A DNA stretch of 64,000 bases, taken from the NCBI RefSeq assembly GCF_964194025.1, contig NC_134469.1, positions 51,770,001-51,834,000 of the forward strand, written 5' to 3'. The stretch's first letter is position 1; each line of letters opens with the position of its first letter. Both the position numbers and the translations under genes were made by a program. Below the pieces are notes generated by a model. That model searched no databases and was not told the origin of the DNA. It saw only the letters and a program-made list of their open reading frames with translations. Below are positions 12,676 to 25,200 of the stretch, in pieces. Source of the stretch: Convolutriloba macropyga. Taxonomy: Eukaryota.

Positions 12676-15640
12676 TCAGAAAATTTCCAAATCCTTTGGG
12701 TCCTTCAGATATTCCTTGAAATAGAATTCTTTCAGAAGACCTTTGATGTTTTTAACCTTATCGAGTTTTTGTCTTCGTTCATATGGAACTTCATTGTACA
12801 ATTTCATGGCTTGCAGCATCAAAGATTTATCGAGGAATTCCGAATTACTTTTCAATGACGGATAATTTTTCCTGTTCTCGCATTCTGATTGCAATTGGAA
12901 GTTTGCAATACATTGTTGTTCCTAAAAGCTGGTAATTCTTTCCTAACATATTTCAAGAAAAAAACTATGCATCGATATTTAAGAAGGAATTCAAAAGGCA
13001 TGATTCTATTTTTTACGTTTAAATCAGTCGAGCGATCATACTTTTTTCTTTTGAAACCCACTTTTATTCCCCAGTTAAGTTGTTTTTCTAAAATTATCAT
13101 GAGATTTTTCTGATACCAACGAGCATAAGAGATGAGCATTGAATGTGACTTAAAACAGGCGCGTTCAAGAGTGTTACTCTAGTTTTTATAGGAAAACAGT
13201 TCCTTATATCTTTCAAGATTTTGATGCTTCACGCCATTCTGGATAGTATTCTTTTGATTTCTTCTTTAAAGTTTAATTTGTCTAACATTATTCCTAGATA
13301 TCTTACCGACGACGACATTGAGATATGATGGAGTTCGTGCCCTTTTTGATGGAGCAAACACGATATTCTGTCTAATTATTGTTCACCATTAGTTGATGTG
13401 ATTGGAAGTAATAACAATTCTTCAATATTTTTCACTCAATAACTTCTGGCTACATTGTCATTAGTATGGGAAGAATAGAGGAAAGTGTCATCAGCGTACC
13501 AGATTACTTGACAATTGTCATTATCAATAGCTCTAGGAAGATCATTCACATAAATGTTGAACAATAATGGTGCTAATACTGTGCCTTGTGGCACTGCTCT
13601 GTTAAGTAAAATCCAGTCGGATTCATTTCCTGAGAAAACTACTTTTTGAGTTCTATCTTTCAAATAGGGTCTAATCAATTGTGCAGATGTTCCGTCGAAT
13701 CCTAAACATTTGAATTTTTCTATGTATTTTGTGTGAGATTGAATCAAATGCTTTTGAGAGATCGAGGAATGCTCCACGAACTGTATTCTTTTTATCCATT
13801 TCTTACATATTCCGCACATTGTAGTATGGCATCTTTTGTGGACACTTTTTTCCTATATCCAAATTGTTTAGGTGAAAGCAAGTTATTTGAGAACAAATAG
13901 TCTTTAATTTGGTTCCTTATAACTTGCTCAAAAATTTTTGCCAATGCACCGGTTACTGATATTGGACGATATTTAGTGGGATCTTCTGTGTTTCCTTTTT
14001 ATAAAGAGGTGAGACCAAAGCTTTTTTGAGGTCAGTCGGAAACGAAGACTCAGAAATAAACTCATTTATCAGAAAACAGAGGCTCCGCAAGGACCGATTG
14101 GGCATCTTTCAACGCCCTTGCGGGAATTTTTGAAGGACCCAAAGGTTTGTTCACATTCAAACATTTCATCAAATCATGGACTTCTTTACAAGAAACATAT
14201 TTGAAAACAAACCGATTTGCATTTCCCGTATCAGCTGAGAACAATGTTTTTTCCAATTTTTTTTCTTTTCCGTTCAGAATAAGCTCAGAGCAAAAACGTC
14301 TTTTAACAAGGAGGCTTGATTTTTTGATTTGAAACTTTTTCCAGTTAGGAATTTATTTCTATCCAGAACAATTTTTGGTTCATCATTCCTCACAAAACAA
14401 GATTTCAATGGTGCATGCACATTTATTGCTTGCTCGACTATGATACAAAATTGGAACATCATTTCTTTAGCATTTTGTGACATCCAGAAAAGACTCCAAC
14501 CTGAATTCCGAATATATTCCTGAAATTTTTCTTTAGAATAGTTCTTTTTGTCAAAGAAAGTTTTTTTGATTGGCATTTGTTTCATAAGCATTTTTTCTTC
14601 TAATATAGCAATTGTTCCGTAATGATCACTATTCAAGATGCTCTCTATAACAAAACATTTTTTGAAGTTTTCTGCGATGATATAATCAATCAATGCAGTC
14701 TTGTTGATACTCAGTGTTGTCTCTATTTTTGTGTTACATGACAACAACCCGTACGGAATAAATAGCGTTTCTAATTTTCGTTCTTCCAAAAAAGTCAATA
14801 TTGTAATCACCCATCAAAATTATTCGTTTGTTCTCAGCTGCAGCACAGTCAATTCCCAGAGCCAGTTCTGACAAAGATTTCAGAAAGGTGTTTGGTCGGA
14901 CAGTACGAAATATTTATCAAATACTTTTTTTTATTGAACTCATATTCTACCCAGTTTCTTTCAAAACGGGATTTGGAGGTTGTGTTAAGATTTCTTTCAA
15001 AACGGGATTTGGAGGTTGTGTTAAGATTTGTAGGTTCTTTAGGTTTGAATGATCTAGGTATATAGAGCAGCAGACCACCTCCACTTGTTTTTTCATGTAA
15101 TGAAAGATTCCTATCTTTTTTGAAACCTTGGAAATTTTCTCTGCGTACTTCCCAAAAACGGATATTGTCATTCTTTTTGACCCATGTTTCAGTAAAGCCA
15201 AAAATTGTGGTTTTTCCCATATCATCCATTAATTGCTTTAAGGTGGAGTTCTGGCCAACAATACTTCTACAATTGAGCGAGAAAATCTTTACATAATCCT
15301 TAAAAGACGCGCCTACTGTTTTAAGGCATTCAGCATACATCAGAACTGGCCCTGGGTTTTGTTCTACATCTCCACATTGAATCATGATAGAAAACTTAAC
15401 TATTAAGACAAAACAAATATTTAATACACGGGAAAAATAATTTGAAATCAAAATAAAAGGCGTTCCCGATGTTCTATTGTATAACACAAAAAGTGGCAGC
15501 TTATGAAAATTGTCATAACCCAATTCGCTTGCAGATGAAGACAAAATAAGTACAATAATGAGAATAAATCTCCATTTCCATTGAGTGCCTTTCCTAAACA
15601 TCAATATCAAAATTGAAATATAAAACAAGTAATACATCAA
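12676..15640 (-). pseudogene. Decayed ORF2 of a CR1/L2-group LINE: hydrophobic leader, 2A peptide, APE endonuclease, reverse transcriptase
   Basis: Frameshifted pieces give SLNCRS, FTETW, GGGLLLYI, IDYII, SDH (APE) and VPQGTVLAPLLFNIYVNDL, WYADDT (RT); GDVEQNPGP at 15347-15373. Confidence 0.92.
14955..15026. repeat. In-frame 36-bp tandem duplication inside the LINE endonuclease
   Basis: tttctttcaaaacgggatttggaggttgtgttaaga twice (NLNTTSKSRFER twice). Confidence 0.95.
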
Positions 15641-15829
15641 TCATCTCGGGTTACTATACCAATTTTTAAAAATGATTATTTCCTCTGGTGTAGTACTACG
15701 TTTGGTTTAATGGTTTCCGTTGAAGAGGTTGAAATTTATTTCTATTAAATGATTGGTTAAAGCTGCGATTGTATTGAGTATTTGCAATTATATTGTTTGA
15801 TGTGAGAAGAAAGTGTCTTAAAAATGCAT

Positions 15830-18800
15830 TCTTTAAAAAAGGTAATCCCTGCTGAAAATTAAAATGTAAATCATCCTAAAACAGATAGCTGTAGTGGGGT
15901 AGTTTCATCATCATTTGGTGAATGGGTAATAATTTCAAATTCATTTTATTAGCAGAGTTAGCACAAATTTCAATTTCTTTTTTGAAAGCAGATATTCATT
16001 CATTAGCAATAGTTATGATTTGATGACCTGATTGGTGGGATTTCCATTAGCACTAGAGATTTGGGTTTAAATTTGTTAGACACTACTTCAACTAATTCAA
16101 TGTATTCATTGAAAAGGTCGTTCACATCACGAAGTTTTTGTTTTAAAATCGAATTGGTTCCATCTTGCAAAATAACAGTTTTAAGTTCTTTCTAGGGATA
16201 TTTTTCTAGAACAGCTATCCTTTCCATTGTTTTTGAACGTCTATATGCGTGAATGGAATGCAGATGTCTTGCGGTATTGAATTATCGTTGACCAAATTCT
16301 TAGCCAAACTACTTCCAAATAATAAATTCTCCGTGTTTTCTGGAATATTAAAAGTTGGAAACGTTCTCACCTTGTATTCGTTATTTAAATTATGTGGTAC
16401 TTCCTGATCTTTTTTGTATGTTGCCTGATCACCGTCGTCCTGTCTCCCTTCCTTGATGAAAGTGCTGCATTGTATAAAATAATTGTTCCGACCCTCTTGA
16501 GGGGGGAGGAACTATATACTCAAATGGGTTTTTTTTTGTTCCGTGAATTTTCGCCGCTCGATATATTCATCGTAGAGAGTTGAGACTGGTATCATTAGAA
16601 AGCTCGTCCAGCGTAGAATATGGAATTAATTTTTTTTTTAATTTTCGTTTTCTACAGGGAGTTATCGAGGTTTAAACTTCTGAGAAAAGAAGAGTGAATT
16701 CACGTTGTTTTTATTCACATTTTCCAGAATTTTTGCCTAAATTTTCGTCAATTTTGCTAAAATTTGTTATAATTTTTAAGAATAGTGTCGTTGATTTTAT
16801 TTTTGAAGACGAACAAGCATTGTTGATTGTTTTGATTTAATTTTTTTGGTCAAAAAATCTGGATAAACATTTCAAAATTTAGCCTTTTTCATCAAAAACA
16901 GCACGAAATAAGCTACTTTAGTCCACTTTGATTAAATTTGCCGACAATACACCCCCAAACAACACTCATACAATCTTTGTAGACTCAGAGGGGGGCCATT
17001 CCTACTTCAGAGTCCGCTGAGAGTGCACTGTAGTTAAAACTTTGCCGTTTTTTGCTAACTTTACTCGTTGATTATCAAAAATGCAGAATTTTTTTTGAGT
17101 TTTCAACTAACAAATTATCTATATCTACAACATTCGAAAAATCAATTGTTCGTAACGGACAATAAGTATTAGCAGGGCTAGTTTTGGGCCATTCTTGGAC
17201 TGTTACAATCCAAAAAAATCGGGTTGTAATCAGTCGGTCTTTTTTTTTTTTAAAAAAGACTTCTTTAATAATAAAGAACAGAACATATCAAATCAAAGCT
17301 CACGAGTGATAGGTCCAACCAATTCGCTTGCTAAGCAGCTCCAAGCTAATGCATTCAGTTTTTTAATAGAAAGTTTATGGTCGTTTCTTTTTTTAAAAAT
17401 GATTGACTTTTCAATAAATAATGGCTTAATTAACTGTTCCTCTATTTTTTTCTTAATTTGTTCAACTTCCAGCTTAGTGTCAGCAAACAAAGACTGCTTC
17501 CTCTTTCTACTGATTTAACATTTATTCTCGGTTGCAGTTTTAAGCCTGAAGTTATTGTTTTCTGGCTTTGATACTACAAGATTTCAGATTTTTGTTTTTG
17601 ATATTTGCAAGTTTTTCACGTTTTCTAATTTCACATTATCACATTATGTCACCTTATTAGCATTCAGAGTGACAGTTCTCATGTCACCTTATTAGCATTC
17701 AGAATAAGGCAAAATTGAACATATTAAAATCCTGAAAGATATACATCATCGTTTTAACGGCCTCGACGCCTCTTTCTTGAAGAAATCAATTGAATTCTTT
17801 AATTTTGTCTCTAACTGTCATTTATACTTTGTCGTTTCGGTCGTATGAAAATTCCTGTATAGTGATAGCTTTCATTGGCTTTTCATGGAAGAATAGAATA
17901 ACCGATATTCTGATATTAGTAGATAGCTGATGGCTTTCATGACTTTGAAAACAATCGTTTTCCAAAATTTAAAAAAAAAACTTAACTTCGCAAGTTTGTT
18001 CTTTTTATTTTTCTTTTTAGTACCTAATCTCGTTAATTACACTTCAAACATGACATTATGGGTGTCAAGGGAGGTTTTCAAAAAGGATTGATGTCCGAAA
18101 ATCTATTTTTTAAAGAAAGCGTTATGACCTTACTGACTTCGATACCGGTTTTTCACAAAAAAAAGTAAACTAATTTGATTTTTATCATATTTGACGTTCT
18201 TTTTGTACATGCAAGAAATATTCTGGATAATTACAGGTCTCGAGAGCTTCCTTTTCATGAATAAACGACCCTATTTAAATAGCTCTTTGTAATTAATGCC
18301 TTTCATGACATTGAATGTAATTTTGTTTCGAAAAAAAAATTAAAAGTATTACATACTTTAGCACTTCGCTTTTTTGTCTACTTGTTACCTAGTCTTACTA
18401 ATGAATTGCCACGTACTACATTATAGCTGTTTGAAGAAGGCGCAATCAAATATATTTTGAGTGCCAAAATTTGGCTTGACGGTTTTGACAGCGTTTTCTG
18501 GTTTCAATTGAAATTTTGTTTGTTCTTTGTTGTTCTTTTTAGCCGCTTTAAAAAATGAATAAGGGCAGGTCCTAATGCCCTTCTATAGAAGCAGTGGCAT
18601 CGTAAATTTGTGGTAATATTAATTGATTCCTAATGGTATTTATTACTTTGAAGTTAACTGTTTCAAAAAAATAAGTTAATGTTTTTACTTTACTGTTTTT
18701 GTTCTTTTTTGTATAATTGTTACCAAACCTTTTTATGGACTGGTCGCATATGTTTTCTGGTGATTTATAAGTTATTTTTGTTTAGTTTTAGGTTTATCTG

Positions 18801-19258
18801 ACGGTATGTTGACTTTGTTATTAAATTTGTTTTCAAGAGGGACATAAATTTTTTGATGTAATTAATGTTTGTTGTTGTTGTTTGATTTTGCTGTTCGTCT
18901 TGACTCGCTTTCTTAATATTGACAAATTACAGCAATCTAATGCATCAATTTTTACTCCACTGAGTTATTTGCTTTGGAGGCTATCTTATCGTTCATACAG
19001 AATTTTTTGAAAAAGACTTGGGCTTTTTTGGGATTCGCAAAAAATAATTTTTGGGTTTTTCTATCAGTTCCTCATTTGGTAGACAATTATGCCAAAATTG
19101 TGGATGGGCGGGGTCGGAACCTTATGTGCCATCGCACATTACCGAGCCGCCTTGTTCTTTATAAGGTCATCTTTTTCTTCAACTTTTTTGAAAAGGTCAA
19201 CATAAATTTGATAAAGTTCGCATTTAGAGAGTTTCTCGAAGGATTGGAAGGATAGCAT
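15830..19258 (-). pseudogene. LINE ORF1 with an SGNH/GDSL-type esterase domain, split by the HINE at 16485-19159
   Basis: Manual translation gives LLFGSSL, VILQDGTNS and DDLHF (SGNH blocks I, III, V), with stops and frameshifts. Joining 19160-19258 to 16484 and below yields a continuous frame from ATG 19258. Confidence 0.75.
16485..19159 (+). mobile_element. Long HINE family E copy (~2.7 kb) inserted in LINE ORF1
   Basis: Perfect subTIRs GTTCCGACCC (16485-16494) / GGGTCGGAAC (19111-19120); palindrome ATGTGC-catc-GCACAT (19124-19139); T|T insertion point with no target-site duplication. Confidence 0.85.
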
Positions 19259-19460
19259 TGCGGTAGAAAGGTACAATTTGTTTATTTACAGATGGAACAA
19301 TATTAATAATAAGGGTGCAATTCGTAAAAGCAAGCGAAATAATGTATCTATTCTAGGCAAAAATCATTCGATAAGAACGCGTGTAAAGAGTACGAAATTT
19401 AAAACATGGAGGCTAAAAGAGTAATTTGAGCGAGTCAACTGTACAGTAAATGAAACAATT

Positions 19461-19607
19461 GCTTGTGTGAATGAAACGTTCGCTTGTGTGAATGAAACGT
19501 TCGCTTGTGTGAATGAAACTTTCGCTTGTGTGAATGAAACGTTCGCTTTTGTGAATGAAACGTTCGCTTGTGTGAACGAAACGTTCGCTTGTGTGAATGA
19601 AACGTTC
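19461..19607. repeat. 21-bp minisatellite, 7 copies
   Basis: Unit gcttgtgtgaatgaaacgttc with few substitutions. Confidence 0.97.
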
Positions 19608-19899
19608 GATCACAGAAGAGCGAAAAAAGATTAAACCAAACTACATTTTAAAGCCGTGCTGTAGGGGTAAATGGAAAAACCAGCGATTAGATTAACAGGC
19701 CTAGATATAGCTTTAGGCTAAACCCATCCTAGCATATTTACTTCGTCAAAGAATAGTATCAGCTGATGAACCAGGAACGACAGAACAATTTGGTAAAAGA
19801 AACGCAAGAGAAGATAGTCGTCTGTCGTAACAAAACAGAACGGAAAAAACTTGAAGAAAACATGAAGCCACACACAAAAAAATTACAAAATTTAGTAAA

Positions 19900-22850
19900 A
19901 ATTACATTGTGAAGTGATTTCGGATGACACTTTTAAAAAAGCAAAGTTTCTGCAAATGATTTAACTTATCTCTACGAATTTACCATTCAAAATTACCCGC
20001 ACTTAGTACTACTGAAAATCCAATTTCCAGACACCAGGGAGTTAGGTTTGCTGAAAAATCTCGTCGGACGTCAAATCAAACCGACAAGTTAATTAAAGCA
20101 TAACATCAGTTAGTCAGTATAGCAAACCAAAGCGAAAAATACCTGACTGGAAGCGATACACCAAAAAAGTGCTCAACCAGAAAAACCACCAAACTAATAC
20201 GAAAAACTTCTGTTCCGAAGGCCACAAGACATGTTCAGACTCAACCAATACACTTCAGAAATGAACTACAACTCGAGCTAGCCTTAATACACTGTTGTGG
20301 CATAATAACGAAGTTAACTCAATCAAAGTATGATTGTCCTCTTTTCGCTCAAATAAAAGTTCAAGCTGACGCAGACTTATAACGGATCTCAGAATAGTAA
20401 ACCAACCGCTGAAAAAGACTATTTGAATAACAAATTTCCTATAGACAACAAGATCAATGCAGTGAACGATTTTACAGGAAAAATCAATTAAATTAAATTG
20501 TTCCTAGGCGTAACAATGTGTACAAAAAGTCGATATTTCAGTTCAAATGTGAGCATTTAAATTGGCTTTAAGAAATAACGCATCTTAAAATCAGGCACAG
20601 TGATTAATTACGTCATCAGCTTCAGCTCATTCAGTAGACACTACTTAAATCAGTGCCTCGTAGCCAGAAATCGTACGCAGTTCATGGATCGGAAAATAGT
20701 CTCCTATTTTGAAAAACTAACACCATCCTTGGATCAGCTATTTCTGTATTTGACAATTCAGATTGAAAATGTCTCGGAAGAAATACAAGAAATAGCTACA
20801 AATTGAAGGCAAAGTTTCTTGGAAAATTCATTGTTTGAAGGAATTTCTCTATTAATTGCCGAAAAAATAAATACACACAAACGTAAGGATACCAAAAACA
20901 ACAGGAACAAATGAAACATGTTTTGCTCAGTTCCAAGGAAAAATATTCCTAACTTAGAGAGAAGCTAAGGTCATTCTAAAGAAGAGTCACGAATAGAGGC
21001 AACAGAAGAACCGATGTTAACTAGCGATTGCCAAAACAGAGTCTACAATCAGTCAATCAGTGATGCAATCTACCACGTTATATATAACATTCGTCCCGAT
21101 GGTAGAAGACGGAGAAAAAGACGTATGATCAAGTCTCCTCTGGCTCGCACTTGTTTAATTCAACGCAGCTAGACTCTAATACAGAGTCCTTAGCAGTATC
21201 ATGCATCCGACGATTTCTCACATGACATTTGAGGATCAAGAAGAGAATTATCCTCACTGAGAACAACAGTCTCCAAGCAAAACTAAGTTCTAAGTTCCTC
21301 CAAGCAAAACAAATACTAACAAATAATAAAGCTAAAAAGAGTTGATACTCAGTCTAAACAACTCCAGATAGAGGAGGCTCTCTGGAGTTTCTTAGACGGA
21401 GTATCAGCTCTTAGTATCTTTATTGCCCACATAGAGATAAAGCTATGCATGCCGCCGAAGTTAATTCAAGAAAAGAAAATGACAAATCAGAAATGAATAG
21501 TTAAAAACTTACTGACCAAGCACCAGTTACAAAATAAGAAATCGATGAGACGCTCAAAACGCACATGTAGAATTAAATGCGTAATGAAATGAATAACGTT
21601 TTGAAACCAATGACATAGAAACAATGAAACGGTTCGGATATTATTAAGAAAAACTGTGTACTTCAAATTAGCTGAACTCAGGCGAAAATCAAAACTTACA
21701 AGGCGAGCTCCCAGAGATAAGCAAAAATTTGTATGAACTGACTGAACAAAGGAAAGATCAAATCATTAGAACCGTTTTACATTGGATTCAGCAAGAACTA
21801 CAGCCACTTGACCTAGAGTACGCCTCACACAATCTTAGGAATTATATTAAGCAAAAAAGTTAGAAATCAAAATCAATGTGTTCTACATAACCTTCTACAA
21901 TGAATCAATTAACTTCATTGCAAACAGTCCTGTATTCCCAAGCATCTTTGGACAGAAAAAATCAACAGGGTGAAAATTTCACCAACAACAGGACATTTAA
22001 GAATACTTCGAACAAATCAGGAAAATAGGAAAGGTTTTTGTTACAGAAGTCTCAATGAACTTACCAACTCAATTCTCCAGTCTACCAGCATCTAATTAAG
22101 AATAAATGTTTTCACGAACTAGTACCATAAATAGTGAAAAAGTTCGTTCACCAAGCTATTTCTCAAACTTTATAAGTCGCAAAAAGGACAAAAGGAAACA
22201 AGTCCTCACCCAAGCTCAATATAATTGTCTCCGATTGCTCAGCGTTACTAGCAACCCTCAAGTTTCACCTCCGAGTAATCTCGACTAACCAAGGTATTTG
22301 ACACAGAGGGTTATGTTATCAAGCCCGGAACGAGCCCGGAATATCGGCTATGACATTTGATCTTAACGTCAGCTTCTCAAGATTTTATGCACAGTGAAAT
22401 CTGTAGAGATTCATTTGGTCACCAGACCATAAGTATTTACAAGGTAGTATTATCTGTCTTGAGAATCTCGTATTTGGATCAGTCATGTTTACTAAACACA
22501 TGTAGTTCAGAGCACAAAAAAGTTGTCAATATAATCCAGCAACATGCATCGATTTTAAGCTACCGAAACCATTCCGACATCCAAATATTGATGAATTATT
22601 ATCATTACTAAAAAAAATGAGGCAACTATAGAAGCTGATCCTGACTTATTGAAACAAGAGTTCAATCACTTGAAGAGAACGCTATCATGAGAAAACATTA
22701 AAAACAGCGAACCAATTACCACAGATATAAAGACGTCAAATCCGCATTACTTGACAAACTTCAAGGTTTTACACCGATCAAACTCTCCTAATCATTAGCA
22801 ATCAATGCTTTTATCACAAATTTAGCACTAGATCCTGTTCACGTACCTTT
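19900..22850 (+). mobile_element. Probable heavily decayed Ty3/Gypsy pol relic
   Basis: Short translated stretches FSSFSRHYLNQCLVARNRTQFMD (RT motif C-like), FLGVT and EQRKDQIIRTVLHWI (pre-integrase-like); no intact ORF or LTR seen; boundaries approximate. Confidence 0.4.
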
Positions 22851-22956
22851 AAAATAGGTAGTTTCTGTACGACGAATGGTTTTTAGTTTCATGAAGTTAA
22901 CGGGGACAACCGACCAGCTAATTCCAGCCAGTAATTTCAGTACCCCGAGAGCTTAA

Positions 22957-23375
22957 TATAACCGACTAACGTCGGGCGAAATGTTCATGTTCTCATACGA
23001 CCAGTGAGCGGTTGGTTTCTTCAGTAGCTAGGCACAGTTTAGTGAGGCTAGCTTTAGCTTGATTGAAGGGGCGTAAGTGAGCGCAGCGGGGGCTGATGGG
23101 GTGGCAACAGTGGGGGGGGGGGGTCAATCTCTAAGAAACGCCCTTTGCACCATAAGTATAAGTCACCAAAACAGATTCTGTGAATCGCATACTTGGAGAC
23201 GACTAGTGAGCTGAAAGTCTCTAAGAGCACTTATTGCAAACTGCGCGCCACCTCTTTATCCCGTTTTTGAAGACGGAAGTCAAATGGGTCAGACGAAAAA
23301 TCGGCAAAGCGCAAAACTGCATAAATGAGACAAACAGGATTAATATATTTGCTACAAACTGCTTTTGAGAGCAAT
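22957..23375 (-). mobile_element. HINE family B copy with a G-run core
   Basis: ataaccgactaacgtcgggcgaa start, poly-G at ~23112-23123, ends ttgctacaaactgcttttgagagcaat; close to 53951-54350. Confidence 0.75.
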
Positions 23376-23699
23376 AAACAATTATTTCTCAAAAAATGGC
23401 TGTTGAGTCATTTATGATAAAAAAACATTTCTACTATAACTCATTGTTAATGAGAATCAAAGATGACATTGCGCCACATGAAAGGAGCTGAAGTGCGGCA
23501 TCAACAAAAATAGAGAGAGATAAAACGTGAACGAGAAAGAGAAGGAAAGAAACTCTAACCGACAGAGAGAGAAAGAGAGATAGAAATATTTTCAATGATG
23601 GGAATCGACTCTGCAACTTCTAGATTTCAAGCCTTGTTAGTAAATAAATCACATAAAAACTGATAAAAGCAAAATTAAAAAAAAGTTTTCAACTTCGCA

Positions 23700-24950
23700 A
23701 TAAAAAAATTTCAAAACCATTTTTTGTCTCAAAAGTTCTGTCAAGTAACCAATCTCAGAGACCTAAAAAGTTTCGTTGGCCAGTAATGGTTGTTAAACTC
23801 AGAAAAGGCCAAAAAAATATTGAACAATTTTGGAAACAATTACAATTTTTTACAAATCTTGCTAAAATTCAAGACATTAATATCTTTAGAACCATTTCAT
23901 TATATCAAGAGACTATCTAGCGTACCTGTTTCATGCCTAAAATAGTTTCACTGCCTCAAAGATTCATACACTTAGAACATGATAAAAACCTTCCAAAAAC
24001 TTGAAAAAATTCTTGAAAAAATTTTTATAATTTGTTCAAAAATTACTAATATTGGAGTCATAAAAAATAATCACAGCCCCATCAACGCTAGAAACTATGC
24101 AGCAGCTTATTATCGAAAACTGGAGGAGAACCAGGTGCCGGAAAAATTCAAAACCCTAAAATTGCAAATATTTTAAATTGCTTAAATTCGTGATATTAAA
24201 ATCTTGAAAACATTCCATTACGTGTATAAACTATGCAGTAATATATTATCAAACCCTAGAGGAACTTCCGTGCCTCTTGAGGCTAGAGAAACCTAAAAAA
24301 TGAAAAAAAATCAAATAAACCTAAAAAAAATTGCGAATTTCATTAAAAAAAATTGCTACAACTTAATCCATGACCAGCAACAATCCAAGTTAAAATTAAT
24401 CCATGACCAGCAACAAATTTCCAGTAACTTATTAACAAACCCTAACGGAAGTTTTCTGATCCTTGAGGCTCAAAAAACCAGAAAAATGACTACAAATTTC
24501 AAAAAATTGAAAAAAAGGAAAAATTGTCAAAAAGTGCTAAAATTGGTGATGTTAAAATCTTGCTAGACATTGCATTACATCTAGAATATATACAGTATCC
24601 TATTTTTAAACCTAGAGGAGTTTGAAAAAACCTAATAAAAAAAAATTTTCAAAAAAACTTGAAGTTTTATCAAAAAATTGCTAAAAATTGTGACATTAAA
24701 AAATTGAAAAACTATTCCATGGCCGAAAAAAATTGGGCAGTAACTTATTATCAAAACGCTTAGGAGGTCTTCTGGCCCCTGGGTCTGGAAAGACCTGAAT
24801 AAGGAAAAATAAATGTCAAAAAATTTGAAAAATTGCACGTTTTCTCAAAAAAAAGCTAAAATATTGTCGTAATGTTAAATTGTTGAAACCATTCCATTAC
24901 CACTAGAAACTATGCAGTAACGTATTACTAAAACATGGAGGGGATCAACG
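23700..24950. repeat. Degenerate tandem array, roughly 7 units of ~140-190 bp
   Basis: Recurring block gctaaaatt..gatattaaaatcttgaaaacattccattac..aactatgcagtaac.tattatcaaa.cctagagga. Confidence 0.7.
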
Positions 24951-24974
24951 GTTGAGGGGTCTTCAAACTCTAAC

Positions 24975-25200
24975 AACAAACCTTCGCACCATAAGTATAA
25001 GTCTCCAAAACAGTTTGAGCAGAAAAAGAGCTGAAAGGCTCCAAGAGCACTTAATGCCCGCTGGGCGCTACCTGTTTATCCCGTTTTCGAGGACGAAAAG
25101 TCAAAAGCGTCAGACGAAAAATCGTTCAAGCGAAAAATCGCATAAAAAAAGACCGACAGGACTAATATAATTGCTACAAATTTCGTTTGAGAGCAATTAA
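24975..25200 (-). mobile_element. Partial HINE family B copy
   Basis: caccataagtataagtctccaaaacag...aattgctacaaatttcgtttgagagcaatt. Confidence 0.7.

Noticed and set aside
12444-19412. aaaacatggagg on both sides of the LINE (12444 and 19401) as a target-site duplication
   Set aside because: The LINE ends cannot be fixed precisely and partial similarity extends beyond the match; not supportable as a TSD.
19413-19613. (ERFIHTS)n ORF and a CRISPR-like look
   Set aside because: Head-to-tail minisatellite with no spacers, in a eukaryotic context with no cas genes.
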